DNA from: Acaryochloris thomasi RCC1774
Lineage (GTDB): Bacteria > Cyanobacteriota > Cyanobacteriia > Thermosynechococcales > Thermosynechococcaceae
Assembly (NCBI RefSeq): GCF_003231495.1
Contig: NZ_PQWO01000002.1
Span: forward strand, 300,001 to 332,000
Length of the DNA stretch: 32,000 bases
Reading direction: 5' to 3'
The stretch's first letter is position 1. Every line of letters starts with the position of its first letter. The notes under the pieces are model-generated. The model was given only the letters and a program-made list of their open reading frames with translations. It had not been told where the DNA came from and did not search any database. The position numbers and the translations under genes were made by a program. Below are positions 1 to 9,219 of this stretch, one piece after another.

Positions 1-2
1 GA

Positions 3-1013
3 GCTTTTGCTGGCAACGGCCGCTTAATCGACATGTCCGGTAAATGGCTTGCTGCTCATATTGGGCAGTACTCTCTTATCTGCCTATGGGCTTCATTAAT
101 TACATTTTTAGAGGTTGCGGTTTATAACCCTGACCTGCCAATGGGTGAACAAGGGTTAATTTTGATCCCTCACCTTGCGGCCTTTGGCATGGGTGTTGAA
201 CCCGGTGGCATAATTGACACCAGCACTTATACCTTATCTGCGTTCGGTCACCTTTTTGGTGCAGCTGTTTTTGCCTTCGGCGCGTTCTTTCATACTCGCG
301 TTGCCCCCGGGGAACTGGGTGAAATTGAGGGTCGAGGATCCAAATGGGAATTTGAATGGGATGATCCTGAAAAACTAGGCTTTATTCTTGGCCACCACCT
401 TCTACTTTTAGGTTTTACAGCCCTCCTTTTTGTCGGTTGGATTCGATTCCACGGCATTTACGATCCTGCGATTGGCGACATACGCACCGTTAGTAATCCA
501 GGGGCAACCATTCGGAGCGTTGTTTTTGAGTATGGCTTGTTTACACCCGGTCACAACCCCTACTTTGTCGATAATCTAGAAGATATTGCCTCTGGCCATG
601 CCTTCATTGGTGTCGTTGAAATTTGCGGCGGTATTTGGCACATCACACAAAAGCCTTATGAGTGGTCAACTCGCCTTCTGAGTTCTCTTTACTCGGCAGA
701 TGGTCAACTGGCAGCTTCCCTCGCCGGTCTCTCTGTCCTGGGTTTTGCCGCCGCGTACTTCTCTGCGGTCAATACCGTTGCCTATCCTGTGGAGTTCTTT
801 GGTGCACCTTTGGAGCTAGAGTTCACGCTGTTTCCGCGGTTCGTCGACACGGTTGATTTGCCGAGTGGGGCCTTCTCCGCTCGCGCTTGGCTTTCTAACG
901 TCCATTTCTTGCTGGCGTTCTTCATTCTTCAGGGACACCTCTACCATGCGCTGAAAGCCTGTGGCTTTGAGTTTGAGCGTATTCCCTCCGCGCTGGGTTC
1001 TATCTCAGAGTAA
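3..1013 (+). CDS. CP43/IsiA/Pcb-family chlorophyll-binding antenna protein. It lacks the large lumenal loop of CP43, and its 5' end lies outside the window.
   Basis: The frame-3 reading is open from base 3 (AFAGNGRLIDMSGKWLAAH...), which matches the CP43/IsiA N-terminal region (GN.RL...SGK..AAH). Other family blocks are PMGEQGLILIPHLA, ILGHHLLLLG, LEDI..GH...G....GGIWHIT.KP and W..NVHF...F.LQGH..HAL. The ~326-aa length fits IsiA/Pcb rather than PsbC. Stop TAA at 1011-1013. Confidence 0.85.
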   Translation, partial: AFAGNGRLIDMSGKWLAAHIGQYSLICLWASLITFLEVAVYNPDLPMGEQGLILIPHLAAFGMGVEPGGIIDTSTYTLSAFGHLFGAAVFAFGAFFHTRVAPGELGEIEGRGSKWEFEWDDPEKLGFILGHHLLLLGFTALLFVGWIRFHGIYDPAIGDIRTVSNPGATIRSVVFEYGLFTPGHNPYFVDNLEDIASGHAFIGVVEICGGIWHITQKPYEWSTRLLSSLYSADGQLAASLAGLSVLGFAAAYFSAVNTVAYPVEFFGAPLELEFTLFPRFVDTVDLPSGAFSARAWLSNVHFLLAFFILQGHLYHALKACGFEFERIPSALGSISE

Positions 1014-1034
1014 GACCCCACGCTTTTATGGCTT

Positions 1035-1068
1035 AAGACTGCTGATAAACATCAGCAGTCTTTTTTAT
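1035..1068 (+). terminator. Rho-independent terminator of the antenna gene
   Basis: A perfect 12-bp stem, aagactgctgat (1035-1046) / atcagcagtctt (1051-1062), has loop aaac and is followed by ttttatt. It starts 22 nt after the stop codon. Confidence 0.8.
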
Positions 1069-1287
1069 TTATGTCTTTGCTTGTCTGCGGCTCGTAGGTC
1101 TTGACCCTCTGTGCTTGTCGCAACCAGCTATGGGCATAACGCCTAATCATACCCAGCCATCTGTATTTAATACTCATGGTTTTGATAATTTCTGAATCTC
1201 CCGCGGTGACAAAAAAGTTTCAAATGCTTTAGTTTTGGAACAGAGTATCCATTATCCGGTTCTTGAGCCACAGAGAACGAGTGAGTT

Positions 1288-1755
1288 ATGTCTATGACAT
1301 TGGCCCCTTCAGCCATGCGCAATGCCTTCAAAATTATTTTTGCGCCGCTTTCGTTAGAGCAGGTTTATCAGTTAGCTAATGATGCTCAAAATGGTGCGGT
1401 CGTCGTCATGAGCGGCACCGTCCGCGATAACACAGAGGGCCGACCGGTAGAATCATTGGAATATCAAGCCTATGAACCTATGGCAATCCAAGTTTTTCAA
1501 CAAATCGCCTCTCAGATTCAGGCCCAGTGGCCTGGGGTTAAGCGCGTTATCATTCACCATCGCATTGGTCAGTTGCGCGTGGGCGAGATGAGTGTGCTAG
1601 TGGCCGTTGGCAGTCCTCACCGAGCAGAGGCATTTGCTGCCTGTCAGTACGGTATTGACACACTGAAGCATAACGCTCCTATCTGGAAGAAAGAACATTG
1701 GGCTGACGGAAGCAGTAGCTGGGTCAGTATTGCCGCTTGTGAGGATCAGCACTGA
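1288..1755 (+). CDS. moaE: Molybdopterin synthase catalytic subunit MoaE
   Basis: The 155-aa protein carries MoaE-typical blocks (GAVVVMSGTVRD, LEYQAYEPMA, SVLVAVGSPHRAEAF.AC.YGID.LK..APIWKKE). The start could instead be the second ATG at 1294. Confidence 0.9.
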   Translation: MSMTLAPSAMRNAFKIIFAPLSLEQVYQLANDAQNGAVVVMSGTVRDNTEGRPVESLEYQAYEPMAIQVFQQIASQIQAQWPGVKRVIIHHRIGQLRVGEMSVLVAVGSPHRAEAFAACQYGIDTLKHNAPIWKKEHWADGSSSWVSIAACEDQH

Positions 1756-1888
1756 GAATGTCATGTCTCTTGCTGCCAAAGGAATATTGGGTTGATGAGC
1801 GCCATAATTGGACGCTAAGAACTGAGGCTTTCGCCGACCAGCCTTAATGCTTTTACCCAATTATTTGTTTATGCATCTCTTCAAGATC

Positions 1889-2152
1889 TTAAAGCTCGCA
1901 GCGTAGGGTAAAAGAATAGTCTCCCCCTGGTTCTAGCTGATAGTCTTGTTGCTCAAGGAACCGTCCCAAAGGCTCTTGAATCAATGCCCGGCCTAGGGAC
2001 GGTGAAACAGATAGTTCGCCCTGCTTGAACTGCCATTGAAATAGCCATGTATATTGACCGGCAGAAACTTCGCCCTCAAGCAACCCTTGATACCAGCATT
2101 GGCCTGTAATGCGAACATTGGCTGTTGTGTGTGGAAGGCGGCGAGAACTCAC
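1889..2152 (-). CDS. Hypothetical small protein (87 aa, GTG start as drawn)
   Basis: Open reading frame only, with no motif I recognise. It is convergent with moaE. Confidence 0.4.
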   Translation of the reverse strand: MSSRRLPHTTANVRITGQCWYQGLLEGEVSAGQYTWLFQWQFKQGELSVSPSLGRALIQEPLGRFLEQQDYQLEPGGDYSFTLRCEL

Positions 2153-2251
2153 GACGATAATGAAGATAGTTTTCTACCGATTAGTGTAGTTCTTTCCCGC
2201 TAATGCGAGCTTCCTCCTGTGTCTCTACGTCCTATTAGCGAGGTGAATAGC

Positions 2252-2638
2252 CTATTTCAGTGCTTGAGAAGGGGCACATAATTGATGGAGAAAAGCATGG
2301 AGCTGCTGATTTGCCCTTGGACTTGCGCTGGTCTCACCGGCTATTTTGTCAGTTTGCAACATTTCCAACAGGGGTAAAAGTTCTGTATCTAGTGCAGCCC
2401 TTAGCTGTGTTTGGGGCCAGAGCAGATCGGAGCAGTCACGGAGGTCATAGATCTGTTGGGTGTAAGATTCGTGATGGTCGCTTGTTGCTGTCCGATTGCA
2501 CCCTAGCGAAAGGGCTAATGGACGTAACCAGCACCGCTGCTGCTTTTCAATGATCTGTATCATCTCTGCATAAAGACAATCACTCTGATACTCTAGGCAG
2601 ACAATCTCGTACGTCCGTGCCTCTTGACGCTGGCCCAT
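2252..2638 (-). CDS. Hypothetical protein (128 aa)
   Basis: An ATG-initiated ORF that fills the gap and is divergent from psaC. No domain recognised. Confidence 0.5.
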   Translation of the reverse strand: MGQRQEARTYEIVCLEYQSDCLYAEMIQIIEKQQRCWLRPLALSLGCNRTATSDHHESYTQQIYDLRDCSDLLWPQTQLRAALDTELLPLLEMLQTDKIAGETSASPRANQQLHAFLHQLCAPSQALK

Positions 2639-2711
2639 GGCTTACCTGAAGGGAAGAATGTGTTTACTTCATTCTAAAGTGCCTTTCGAGAGCTGCAAGT
2701 CCGATCTATGA

Positions 2712-2739
2712 TTGACATTGATGCGAGGGTTGCTAGACT
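2712..2739 (+). promoter_or_regulatory. Candidate sigma70-type promoter upstream of psaC
   Basis: TTGACA (2712-2717), a 16-nt spacer, then TAGACT (2734-2739). This would give a ~180-nt 5' UTR. It is a sequence match only. Confidence 0.25.
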
Positions 2740-2837
2740 TCGTGCGTATGGCTACTTAAGAAGTTACATTGTTTGAAGTTTCCTATGTTTTTTGTAGAAG
2801 CGGTAAAAGCCCTGCTGTAAACTAGGGATCGTTATAG

Positions 2838-3170
<333 letters not shown>

Positions 3171-3226
3171 TCGTTCTGTAACAACGTCTTTGATTCCAGT
3201 GATTCTTTGCTGTGTTGCATTTAAGC

Positions 3227-3262
3227 AAGGAGGGAGTGTTTTATGCTCCCTCCTTTTGTTTG
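3227..3262 (+). terminator. Rho-independent terminator of psaC
   Basis: A 10-bp stem, aaggagggag (3227-3236) / ctccctcctt (3246-3255), is followed by ttgtttgtt. Confidence 0.75.
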
Positions 3263-3301
3263 TTATATATGCAGAAGTCTTGTAAAAGCTGAAAATGAGT
3301 T

Positions 3302-3517
3302 ATGACGGCAACAACAATCTGGGTGAATGAGCAGCTTGATCCCAATGGGCTGCTCTATGCGTGCATTGCTTGTTGCGATGAGCAACAGGCCCAAGACTGC
3401 CACACGTCATTTTTGCAGAATCTAACTGATGTACAGCAGCGTGAGGGCTGGGTTGCTAGGCTGCGAACGGTGCAGACTTGGGATGAAGTGCCTGCAAGTG
3501 CTTTGAAGCTAAGCTAG
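3302..3517 (+). CDS. Hypothetical small Cys-containing protein (71 aa)
   Basis: ORF only, and it lies after the psaC terminator. No recognisable motif. Confidence 0.35.
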   Translation: MTATTIWVNEQLDPNGLLYACIACCDEQQAQDCHTSFLQNLTDVQQREGWVARLRTVQTWDEVPASALKLS

Positions 3518-3533
3518 TCGCATTGGACTCTGG

Positions 3534-4706
3534 CTAACGAAGAGTGAGTTCGTCCGGATCGACGCGCAATGGCTGATTGATGGCGCTATCGGGCGCCTGC
3601 TTCTCTTCCCTGGCGTCTGTAATGAGCCAGTCTAGCGCTGCTGCTTTCACATCAATAGTGGCTCCGGTTTTATCAACGCAATAGCGCCCAAAGACAAGTT
3701 TGTCGACTAGGCGTACATCCGGGCCAAGACAGGAATACTCAAAGATGACGCTGTTGTCGACGGTGGCTCCACCACAGATGCGGCAGTTGGGTCCAATCAT
3801 GGTGGGACCGATAATCTTAGCTCCGTCTTCAATGCGGGTCATCGCCCCGATGTACACAGGGCCGTGGACTTCGACTTTATCCCAGTTGACGGCAACATTC
3901 AGTCCTGTATAGACGCCAGGGGCGACTTCTCGGCCGGGGACGTCGACGTTTTTAATGTCTCCTTTCAGGACGCTGCGAATGGCGTGCCAGTAGTCAGGGA
4001 CTTTGCCGATGTCAACCCACTCAAAGTCCATGGCTGTTCCGTAGAAGGGAGCGCCCATTTCAACGAGCTTAGGAAAAAGTTCGCCGCCGATGTCGAAGGT
4101 TTGACCTGAGGGAATCAGGTCTAGGATTTCTGGCTCAAAAATGTAGATGCCGGTGTTGATGTTGTTGCTGAGGGCTTCCTCCACGCTGGGTTTTTCCTGA
4201 AAGGACTTCACCCTGCCCTCGTCGTCTGTGACGACGACGCCGTAGCTGGGGACTTCGCTGGGATCAACGGTCTTCATGACGATGGTTGCGATCGCACCTT
4301 TTTTGCGATGCCACTCCACCGCCGCCGTTAAATCTAGATCGATGAGCGCATCTCCACAGAGAACTACAAACGTATCGTCAAAGAAAGGCGAAAAATCTTG
4401 AATGCGCCGCATGCCCCCAGCAGAACCGAGAGCTGCCCCTACGAGCGTTCCATCTGGCTCAATACTGCCTTCAAAGGAATAGGCGATCTCAACGCCGAAG
4501 CGCTGACCATCTCGGAAATAGCTTTCAATTTCGTTCGCCAAATGACTGACGTTTACCATGATTTGGTCAAACTGATGCCGCCGCAGTAGCTCCACCAAAA
4601 ACTCCATCACCGGCTTCTGCAGGATGGGAATCATGGGCTTAGGCGTTGTGAACGTAATCGGGCGAACGCGGGTACCTTTCCCGGCTGCCAAAATCATAGC
4701 TTTCAT
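3534..4706 (-). CDS. cugP: NDP-sugar pyrophosphorylase with a C-terminal left-handed beta-helix. It resembles the cyanobacterial CugP-type UDP-glucose pyrophosphorylase, often annotated as mannose-1-phosphate guanylyltransferase.
   Basis: The N-terminus MKAMILAAGKGTRVRPIT..PKPMIPIL.KPVMEF is the nucleotidyltransferase G-rich loop. The 390-aa length and overall sequence closely resemble my recollection of Synechocystis Sll1558 (CugP). Substrate assignment is by family resemblance only. Confidence 0.8.
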   Translation of the reverse strand: MKAMILAAGKGTRVRPITFTTPKPMIPILQKPVMEFLVELLRRHQFDQIMVNVSHLANEIESYFRDGQRFGVEIAYSFEGSIEPDGTLVGAALGSAGGMRRIQDFSPFFDDTFVVLCGDALIDLDLTAAVEWHRKKGAIATIVMKTVDPSEVPSYGVVVTDDEGRVKSFQEKPSVEEALSNNINTGIYIFEPEILDLIPSGQTFDIGGELFPKLVEMGAPFYGTAMDFEWVDIGKVPDYWHAIRSVLKGDIKNVDVPGREVAPGVYTGLNVAVNWDKVEVHGPVYIGAMTRIEDGAKIIGPTMIGPNCRICGGATVDNSVIFEYSCLGPDVRLVDKLVFGRYCVDKTGATIDVKAAALDWLITDAREEKQAPDSAINQPLRVDPDELTLR

Positions 4707-4837
4707 AGACGAGATCTAAATGTGGTAGGTCAGTCCCATGCTCAGCACGCAAATCTGCGAGAACTCAGAGCAATAAAAGTCTTAGCAGTTCATCAATCGG
4801 TCAATGCGCTGAGACTAGTGTAGCTAAACCAGAGACA

Positions 4838-5620
4838 TCATAGGGTATAAACGCGGCCATTAATGAGTAATCGAGTGATTCCCTTAGCAGACAAATGTGT
4901 CCCCGTTTTTTGGAGTAAATCTCCACTCGGAACCTTGATTACGCGCTGTGATCGCTGGGAGAATCGGCGAGCAACGCGGTGATTCTCGAAGATAGGGAGC
5001 GTTTTTGACTGGCTTTCAGCCTTTGGAATATGACCGAGATCTCCAAATTCTTGGAGTGGACGGGTAATGAGCTCAGCCGTATGGTCAACCACGAGGTAGC
5101 AAGGCTGAGGAATCACAGCTTCAGTCAATGGACTAATCTCGACGACGGCCTCTGGCTGCAGCGAGACCGACTCGCTTTCATCCTCGCCGCCCTCCTCATC
5201 AAATGTGGCCTCATCATCGTCATCCGTCTCAAGATCGGCTTCGTGGGCTCGATCTTCTCCAAGATCCTGTTCAATCTCAGCCAGCAGATCTTCTAACTCT
5301 GGCTCGGCAACCGATGAGGCGGATTCTGTTTTCGCCTGCGAACTCTGCTGAGCCGTCTTTGATTTCAAAATGGGCGGTGCAGGAGACGATGCCTCAAGCT
5401 CTGAGCTGGACGGGCTTTTCTTCGCAGGACCTTGTTTGCCACTTTTCGCCGCCACGAGAGTCTCATACTCCGAATCTGGGAGCTGCCGCTTTAAAAGCCG
5501 TCTAATCGTCGAGCTACTGACTTCATACTGACGCGCCAAATCTGCAATTGTTGAGTCCGACTCACAAAAAAGTTGAATAATTGCTTGTTTGTCTGCATCA
5601 GAGAGCTTACTTCGAGTCAT
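4838..5620 (-). CDS. Helix-turn-helix protein with a long acidic low-complexity linker and a conserved-looking C-terminal domain
   Basis: The N-terminus from the internal ATG is MTRSKLSDADKQAIIQLFCESDSTIADLARQYEVSSSTIRRLLKR, a resolvase/HTH_23-like HTH. It is followed by a Ser/Glu/Asp-rich stretch. The ORF is open up to 5665 (15 extra codons), so the start is uncertain. Confidence 0.6.
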   Translation of the reverse strand: MTRSKLSDADKQAIIQLFCESDSTIADLARQYEVSSSTIRRLLKRQLPDSEYETLVAAKSGKQGPAKKSPSSSELEASSPAPPILKSKTAQQSSQAKTESASSVAEPELEDLLAEIEQDLGEDRAHEADLETDDDDEATFDEEGGEDESESVSLQPEAVVEISPLTEAVIPQPCYLVVDHTAELITRPLQEFGDLGHIPKAESQSKTLPIFENHRVARRFSQRSQRVIKVPSGDLLQKTGTHLSAKGITRLLINGRVYTL

Positions 5621-5835
5621 ATCAGCAAAGGGGGGCCAAAATAAAATCGATATCTGAGACCACATCTGCAGATGCCGCTCTTCCTTATCCTATTACGTCG
5701 TTAGCGCTGACCCGAATATTTATGGGCGTTTTCGTTCGTCCATGGGAGCCACGGCATTAAAACCGCATCGCGATCGGAGCGCAGACCTGATGCTGCAATT
5801 CGACTCAGAACGTTACCACTGACCGCGCTGTTTGA

Positions 5836-5854
5836 GATAATAACAATGATTCAG
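5836..5854 (+). promoter_or_regulatory. Fur/Zur-box-like AT-rich element upstream of the Fur-family gene
   Basis: GATAATAACAATGATTCAG matches the classical Fur box GATAATGATAATCATTATC at 13 of 19 positions by hand alignment. It lies 27-45 nt upstream of the ATG at 5881. Confidence 0.3.
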
Positions 5855-5866
5855 CGATTCAGCGAT
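5848..5866 (+). repeat. Tandem octamer gattcagc x2 plus a partial third unit
   Basis: gattcagc (5848-5855), gattcagc (5856-5863), gat (5864-5866). It overlaps the 3' part of the Fur-box-like element. Confidence 0.8.
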
Positions 5867-5880
5867 GTTCCTTCCTGCCC

Positions 5881-6288
5881 ATGCCTTTGCCGCGAACGCC
5901 CAGCCAGAATAAGATCTTACAGCTTTTGAAACAGCTTAATCAAGAGATGTCGGCCCAAGCTCTCTATATTGCCCTGCGTGAAGCTCAGGCTCCTCTGGGG
6001 CTTGCAACCGTCTATCGCTCTTTAGAAGCACTCAAGCTCAGCGGCGCTGTGCAGGCGCGACTGCTGAATACGGGCGAGACACTCTATAGCCTGACGAAAA
6101 CTGACCGGCATCATCTTACTTGTCTGCAGTGTGGCACCTCAGTGGCGATTCGTGACGATGAATGCCCGGTGCATGAACTTGAGTCTCAACTGCGGGCTTC
6201 GGCCCAATTTGAGATTTACTATCACACGCTGGAATTTTTCGGCCTCTGTTCCCCCTGCCAGCTTCAGCAACCGCACTCTGGTTCCTAG
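5881..6288 (+). CDS. Fur-family metalloregulator (short FurB/Zur-like type)
   Basis: The 135-aa protein has GLATVYRSLEALKLSGAV (the winged-helix recognition region of Fur proteins), HHLTCLQCG, ECPVH and YHTLEFFGLCSPCQ (CxxC metal sites). Its length and motifs resemble cyanobacterial FurB/Zur more than FurA or PerR. Confidence 0.9.
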   Translation: MPLPRTPSQNKILQLLKQLNQEMSAQALYIALREAQAPLGLATVYRSLEALKLSGAVQARLLNTGETLYSLTKTDRHHLTCLQCGTSVAIRDDECPVHELESQLRASAQFEIYYHTLEFFGLCSPCQLQQPHSGS

Positions 6289-6297
6289 GCGAGGTCT

Positions 6298-6582
6298 CTA
6301 TACCTCAACTTTGACACCTCGCCAAAAGGCAATGTGTCCTTCAATATTCTTCGCCGCCTCCTTGGGCTCAGGATAGAACCAGGCCGCATCCTTGTTGACC
6401 TCGCCATTCACCTCAAGGCTGTAGTAGCTTGCTGCCCCTTTCCAGGGACAGGTTGTCTGGGTGTCACTGGCTTTGAAATACTCTGAATTGATAGCGTCTG
6501 GGGGGAAATATTGATTCCCTTCTACCACCTGACATTGATCACTTTCGGCCAGGGTGACGCCGTTCCATGTTGCTTTTGGCAT
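6298..6582 (-). CDS. DUF427 domain protein
   Basis: The 94-aa protein shows VVEGNQYFPP...TTCPWKGAASYYSLEVNG..NKDAAWFYPEPK.AAK.I.G.IAFW.GV, the characteristic DUF427 pattern. Confidence 0.85.
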   Translation of the reverse strand: MPKATWNGVTLAESDQCQVVEGNQYFPPDAINSEYFKASDTQTTCPWKGAASYYSLEVNGEVNKDAAWFYPEPKEAAKNIEGHIAFWRGVKVEV

Positions 6583-6794
6583 GATTGTTCTCCCTATCTT
6601 TTGAACTGTCTTGCGAGTGAATACAGCGCTGCGGCTGATTTCTGTCCCCGATTAATGAGATGTAGTAGGAGGCCACACCCAAACGGACAGCAGTTTCTCT
6701 TCAACAATAGTGGATTTACGGTACCCATCAGGGAAACCTATAGGTAAGCAACAGTGCTTGCTGCTTCTAACCTGATCGAAATGACCTTGCGCCT

Positions 6795-7187
6795 ATGTCT
6801 GCCCTTAAATCTAAATTTTCGTTTGAGGATGTTGACCTCTTTTTAACGCAGCAAGATACGTTGAGCGCTCTGATTGTCTGGCTGGTCTTAGAGGGACTGA
6901 GCTTCATCCTCCTGCCCAGCTTTCAGCTTATTCCGGGCGAGCATAAGCATCTGACCTGGATTCTAATCAGTGGTTCTTTGGGTGTCACTGGGGCGGTGTT
7001 GATTGGCCTCAGCTCGGGCATTATCCAGTATTGTCACGATAACTTGCCCCGACGAGGCACGAACAAGCAATCACTCATCAATGTCGCCCAGGTGATGAGC
7101 TGGATGGGTTTGGCAGGGGTTGGATTCCCTTTAGTTTTTGTTGCCCTTGAGTTCTGGGTGATTCTAACCCAAGGCACTCTCGATTAA
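6795..7187 (+). CDS. Hypothetical membrane protein (130 aa, ~3-4 TM segments)
   Basis: An ORF with hydrophobic stretches (LSALIVWLVLEGLSFILL, LTWILISGSLGVTGAVLIGL, MSWMGLAGVGFPLVFVALEFWVIL). No family recognised. Confidence 0.5.
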   Translation: MSALKSKFSFEDVDLFLTQQDTLSALIVWLVLEGLSFILLPSFQLIPGEHKHLTWILISGSLGVTGAVLIGLSSGIIQYCHDNLPRRGTNKQSLINVAQVMSWMGLAGVGFPLVFVALEFWVILTQGTLD

Positions 7188-7413
7188 TGTCGGATAAGTA
7201 CTTCTACTTAAGATTTTGAAAAGTTGTATTTATATATACTATATTTAAGGAACGTAAATAATTTTCAGGCAATCAGATTTTATGGCCTGAGTGGGTTGTC
7301 TTAGTCCCGGTGTAGGGGTTTAGGGTCTTTACTTGGCCGCTTCTGTTGTCTGTCGTATCCTACAGGAGGTAGGTGGTCACGTGGTTCAGTCCGTGTCACA
7401 CCCGAGGCAATCG

Positions 7414-9144
7414 ATGGTCGCGACAACATCTAGCTCACCGAGTTCGCCAGCAATGCCTTATGATCCCCAGGCAATTGCTCGGTATTATCGTTGGCGCCCC
7501 TGGCTGCTGCTGTGGCGAACCTTTCAGATCTTGAGCTCGCTGGGTCGTTTTGTTTGGGGGCTGAAGTGGGATCAGTGGACGCGCCAGACCGAGCGCAATC
7601 GGTTCCGAAGAGCAATTCAGCTGCGGCGGGTGTTGACGGGTTTAGGGCCCACGTTCATTAAAATTGGTCAAGCGCTGTCCACTCGACCTGATCTGGTCCG
7701 TAAAGAGTTTCTAGAAGAGCTAATTCTGCTTCAAGATCAGCTGCCGCCTTTCCCTAACAAAAAAGCGCTGGCGCTGATTGAGCGGGAGCTAGGACGACCA
7801 GTCTCAGAACTTTATCGCTCGATGTCACCCCAGCCGGTGGCGGCGGCTAGTCTTGGACAGGTCTATCGCGGTGAGTTGTGGGATGGAGATGCGATCGCAA
7901 TTAAAGTTCAGCGCCCAAAGTTAGTTCCCAAGATTTCTCTTGACTTGGCCGTAATCCGAAAAGCTGTTGTTTGGTTTGGCCCCTTTTTGCCTCTTAACCT
8001 GGGCCACAACCTCTCCGTGATCGTTGATGAATTTGGCACCAAGCTATTTGAGGAAATCGATTATCTCAACGAAGGCCGCAACGCCGAGCGCTTTGCCGAT
8101 AACTTTGCCGCATACCCTGATGTCAAAGTGCCCAAAATCTATTGGGAGTACACTAGCCAGAGGGTGCTGACCTTAGAGTGGATCGAAGGCACAAAACTAA
8201 CGGCCTCTCAGTGCATGGTCAATGGTAAGCGTGATCCAGATGCCCTTGTTCGAACCGGTGTTGTTTCTAGCCTACGGCAGCTTCTGGAGTTCGGATTCTT
8301 CCATGCTGATCCGCACCCCGGCAATTTATTTGCCATGCCAGATGGGCGGATGGCCTACATCGATTTTGGCATGATGGATCAGCTGGACCAAGTTGCGAAA
8401 GAAACGCTAGTCGATTCCGTGGTCCATCTGATTAATCAGGATTATCGGCTTCTGGCTCAGGATTTTGTTAAATTAGGGTTCTTAACCCCTGAAACTGATA
8501 TCCGACCAATCGTTCCGGCTCTAGAGTCAGTCTTTTCTGAGATTATTGACGTCAGCGTCAAGGACTTCAACTTTCAGACGATCACCGACCAGTTCTCAGG
8601 ACTGATGTACGAGTATCCGTTTCGCTTGCCCGCCAAATTTGCTCTGATCATTCGTTCTTTGGTGACTCAAGAGGGCGTTGCACTGTGTCTCAATCCCGAC
8701 TTTAAAATTGTTGAAGTGGCTTATCCCTACGTTGCGCGCCGATTATTGGCTGGAGAAACACCCGAATTTCAGCGACGATTACTGGAAGTGCTGTTCAAAG
8801 ATGGTAAGTTCCAGTGGCAGCGGCTTGAAAACCTGATTGAAATTGCGCGGACAGATGACTCTTTTGATCTGATTCCCACGGCTCAGTTTGGGCTTCAGTA
8901 TCTCTTTTCTGGCGATGGCGGCTTCTTCTTGAAGCAAATTGTCTTGGCCCTCACAGAAGATGAACGCCTCCATACAGAAGAAGTGAGTCGTTTGTGGGAT
9001 CTTGTTAAAGAGGACTTTCAGCCTCAGCGCCTGCTAGGTGCAGCCTTCGGTGCCTTGGCGAGCTTCTCAGAAGAAGCTGTGGCTAACTGGCCACCCGTCG
9101 TTGCCATAACAACAGCTCAAAAAGAATTGCAAAACGTAGCTTAA
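7414..9144 (+). CDS. ABC1/UbiB/ADCK-family atypical protein kinase
   Basis: YDPQAIARYYRWRPW, LGPTFIKIGQALSTRPDLV, AAASLGQVYRG and FHADPHPGNL are hallmark ABC1 kinase motifs. I chose ATG 7414 because a GAGG lies 7-10 nt upstream. The track's TTG at 7333 and the ATG at 7453 are alternatives. Confidence 0.9.
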   Translation: MVATTSSSPSSPAMPYDPQAIARYYRWRPWLLLWRTFQILSSLGRFVWGLKWDQWTRQTERNRFRRAIQLRRVLTGLGPTFIKIGQALSTRPDLVRKEFLEELILLQDQLPPFPNKKALALIERELGRPVSELYRSMSPQPVAAASLGQVYRGELWDGDAIAIKVQRPKLVPKISLDLAVIRKAVVWFGPFLPLNLGHNLSVIVDEFGTKLFEEIDYLNEGRNAERFADNFAAYPDVKVPKIYWEYTSQRVLTLEWIEGTKLTASQCMVNGKRDPDALVRTGVVSSLRQLLEFGFFHADPHPGNLFAMPDGRMAYIDFGMMDQLDQVAKETLVDSVVHLINQDYRLLAQDFVKLGFLTPETDIRPIVPALESVFSEIIDVSVKDFNFQTITDQFSGLMYEYPFRLPAKFALIIRSLVTQEGVALCLNPDFKIVEVAYPYVARRLLAGETPEFQRRLLEVLFKDGKFQWQRLENLIEIARTDDSFDLIPTAQFGLQYLFSGDGGFFLKQIVLALTEDERLHTEEVSRLWDLVKEDFQPQRLLGAAFGALASFSEEAVANWPPVVAITTAQKELQNVA

Positions 9145-9219
9145 CCGCCAGCTTCTGAATCTTAGTCATCAAGCTTCAATTTAGTAAAATCCTCGTTATT
9201 TAAGGACGCGACTGAATCT

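Noticed and set aside
662-856. A 64-aa ORF in another frame inside the antenna-protein gene.
   Set aside because: It is an out-of-frame overlap with a clearly homologous CP43/IsiA-family reading frame, and its composition is not protein-like.
1070-1287. A possible Moco riboswitch in the 218-nt leader of moaE.
   Set aside because: I could not find the conserved Moco-motif core sequences or a convincing multi-stem fold by eye. A covariance-model scan would be needed to overturn this.
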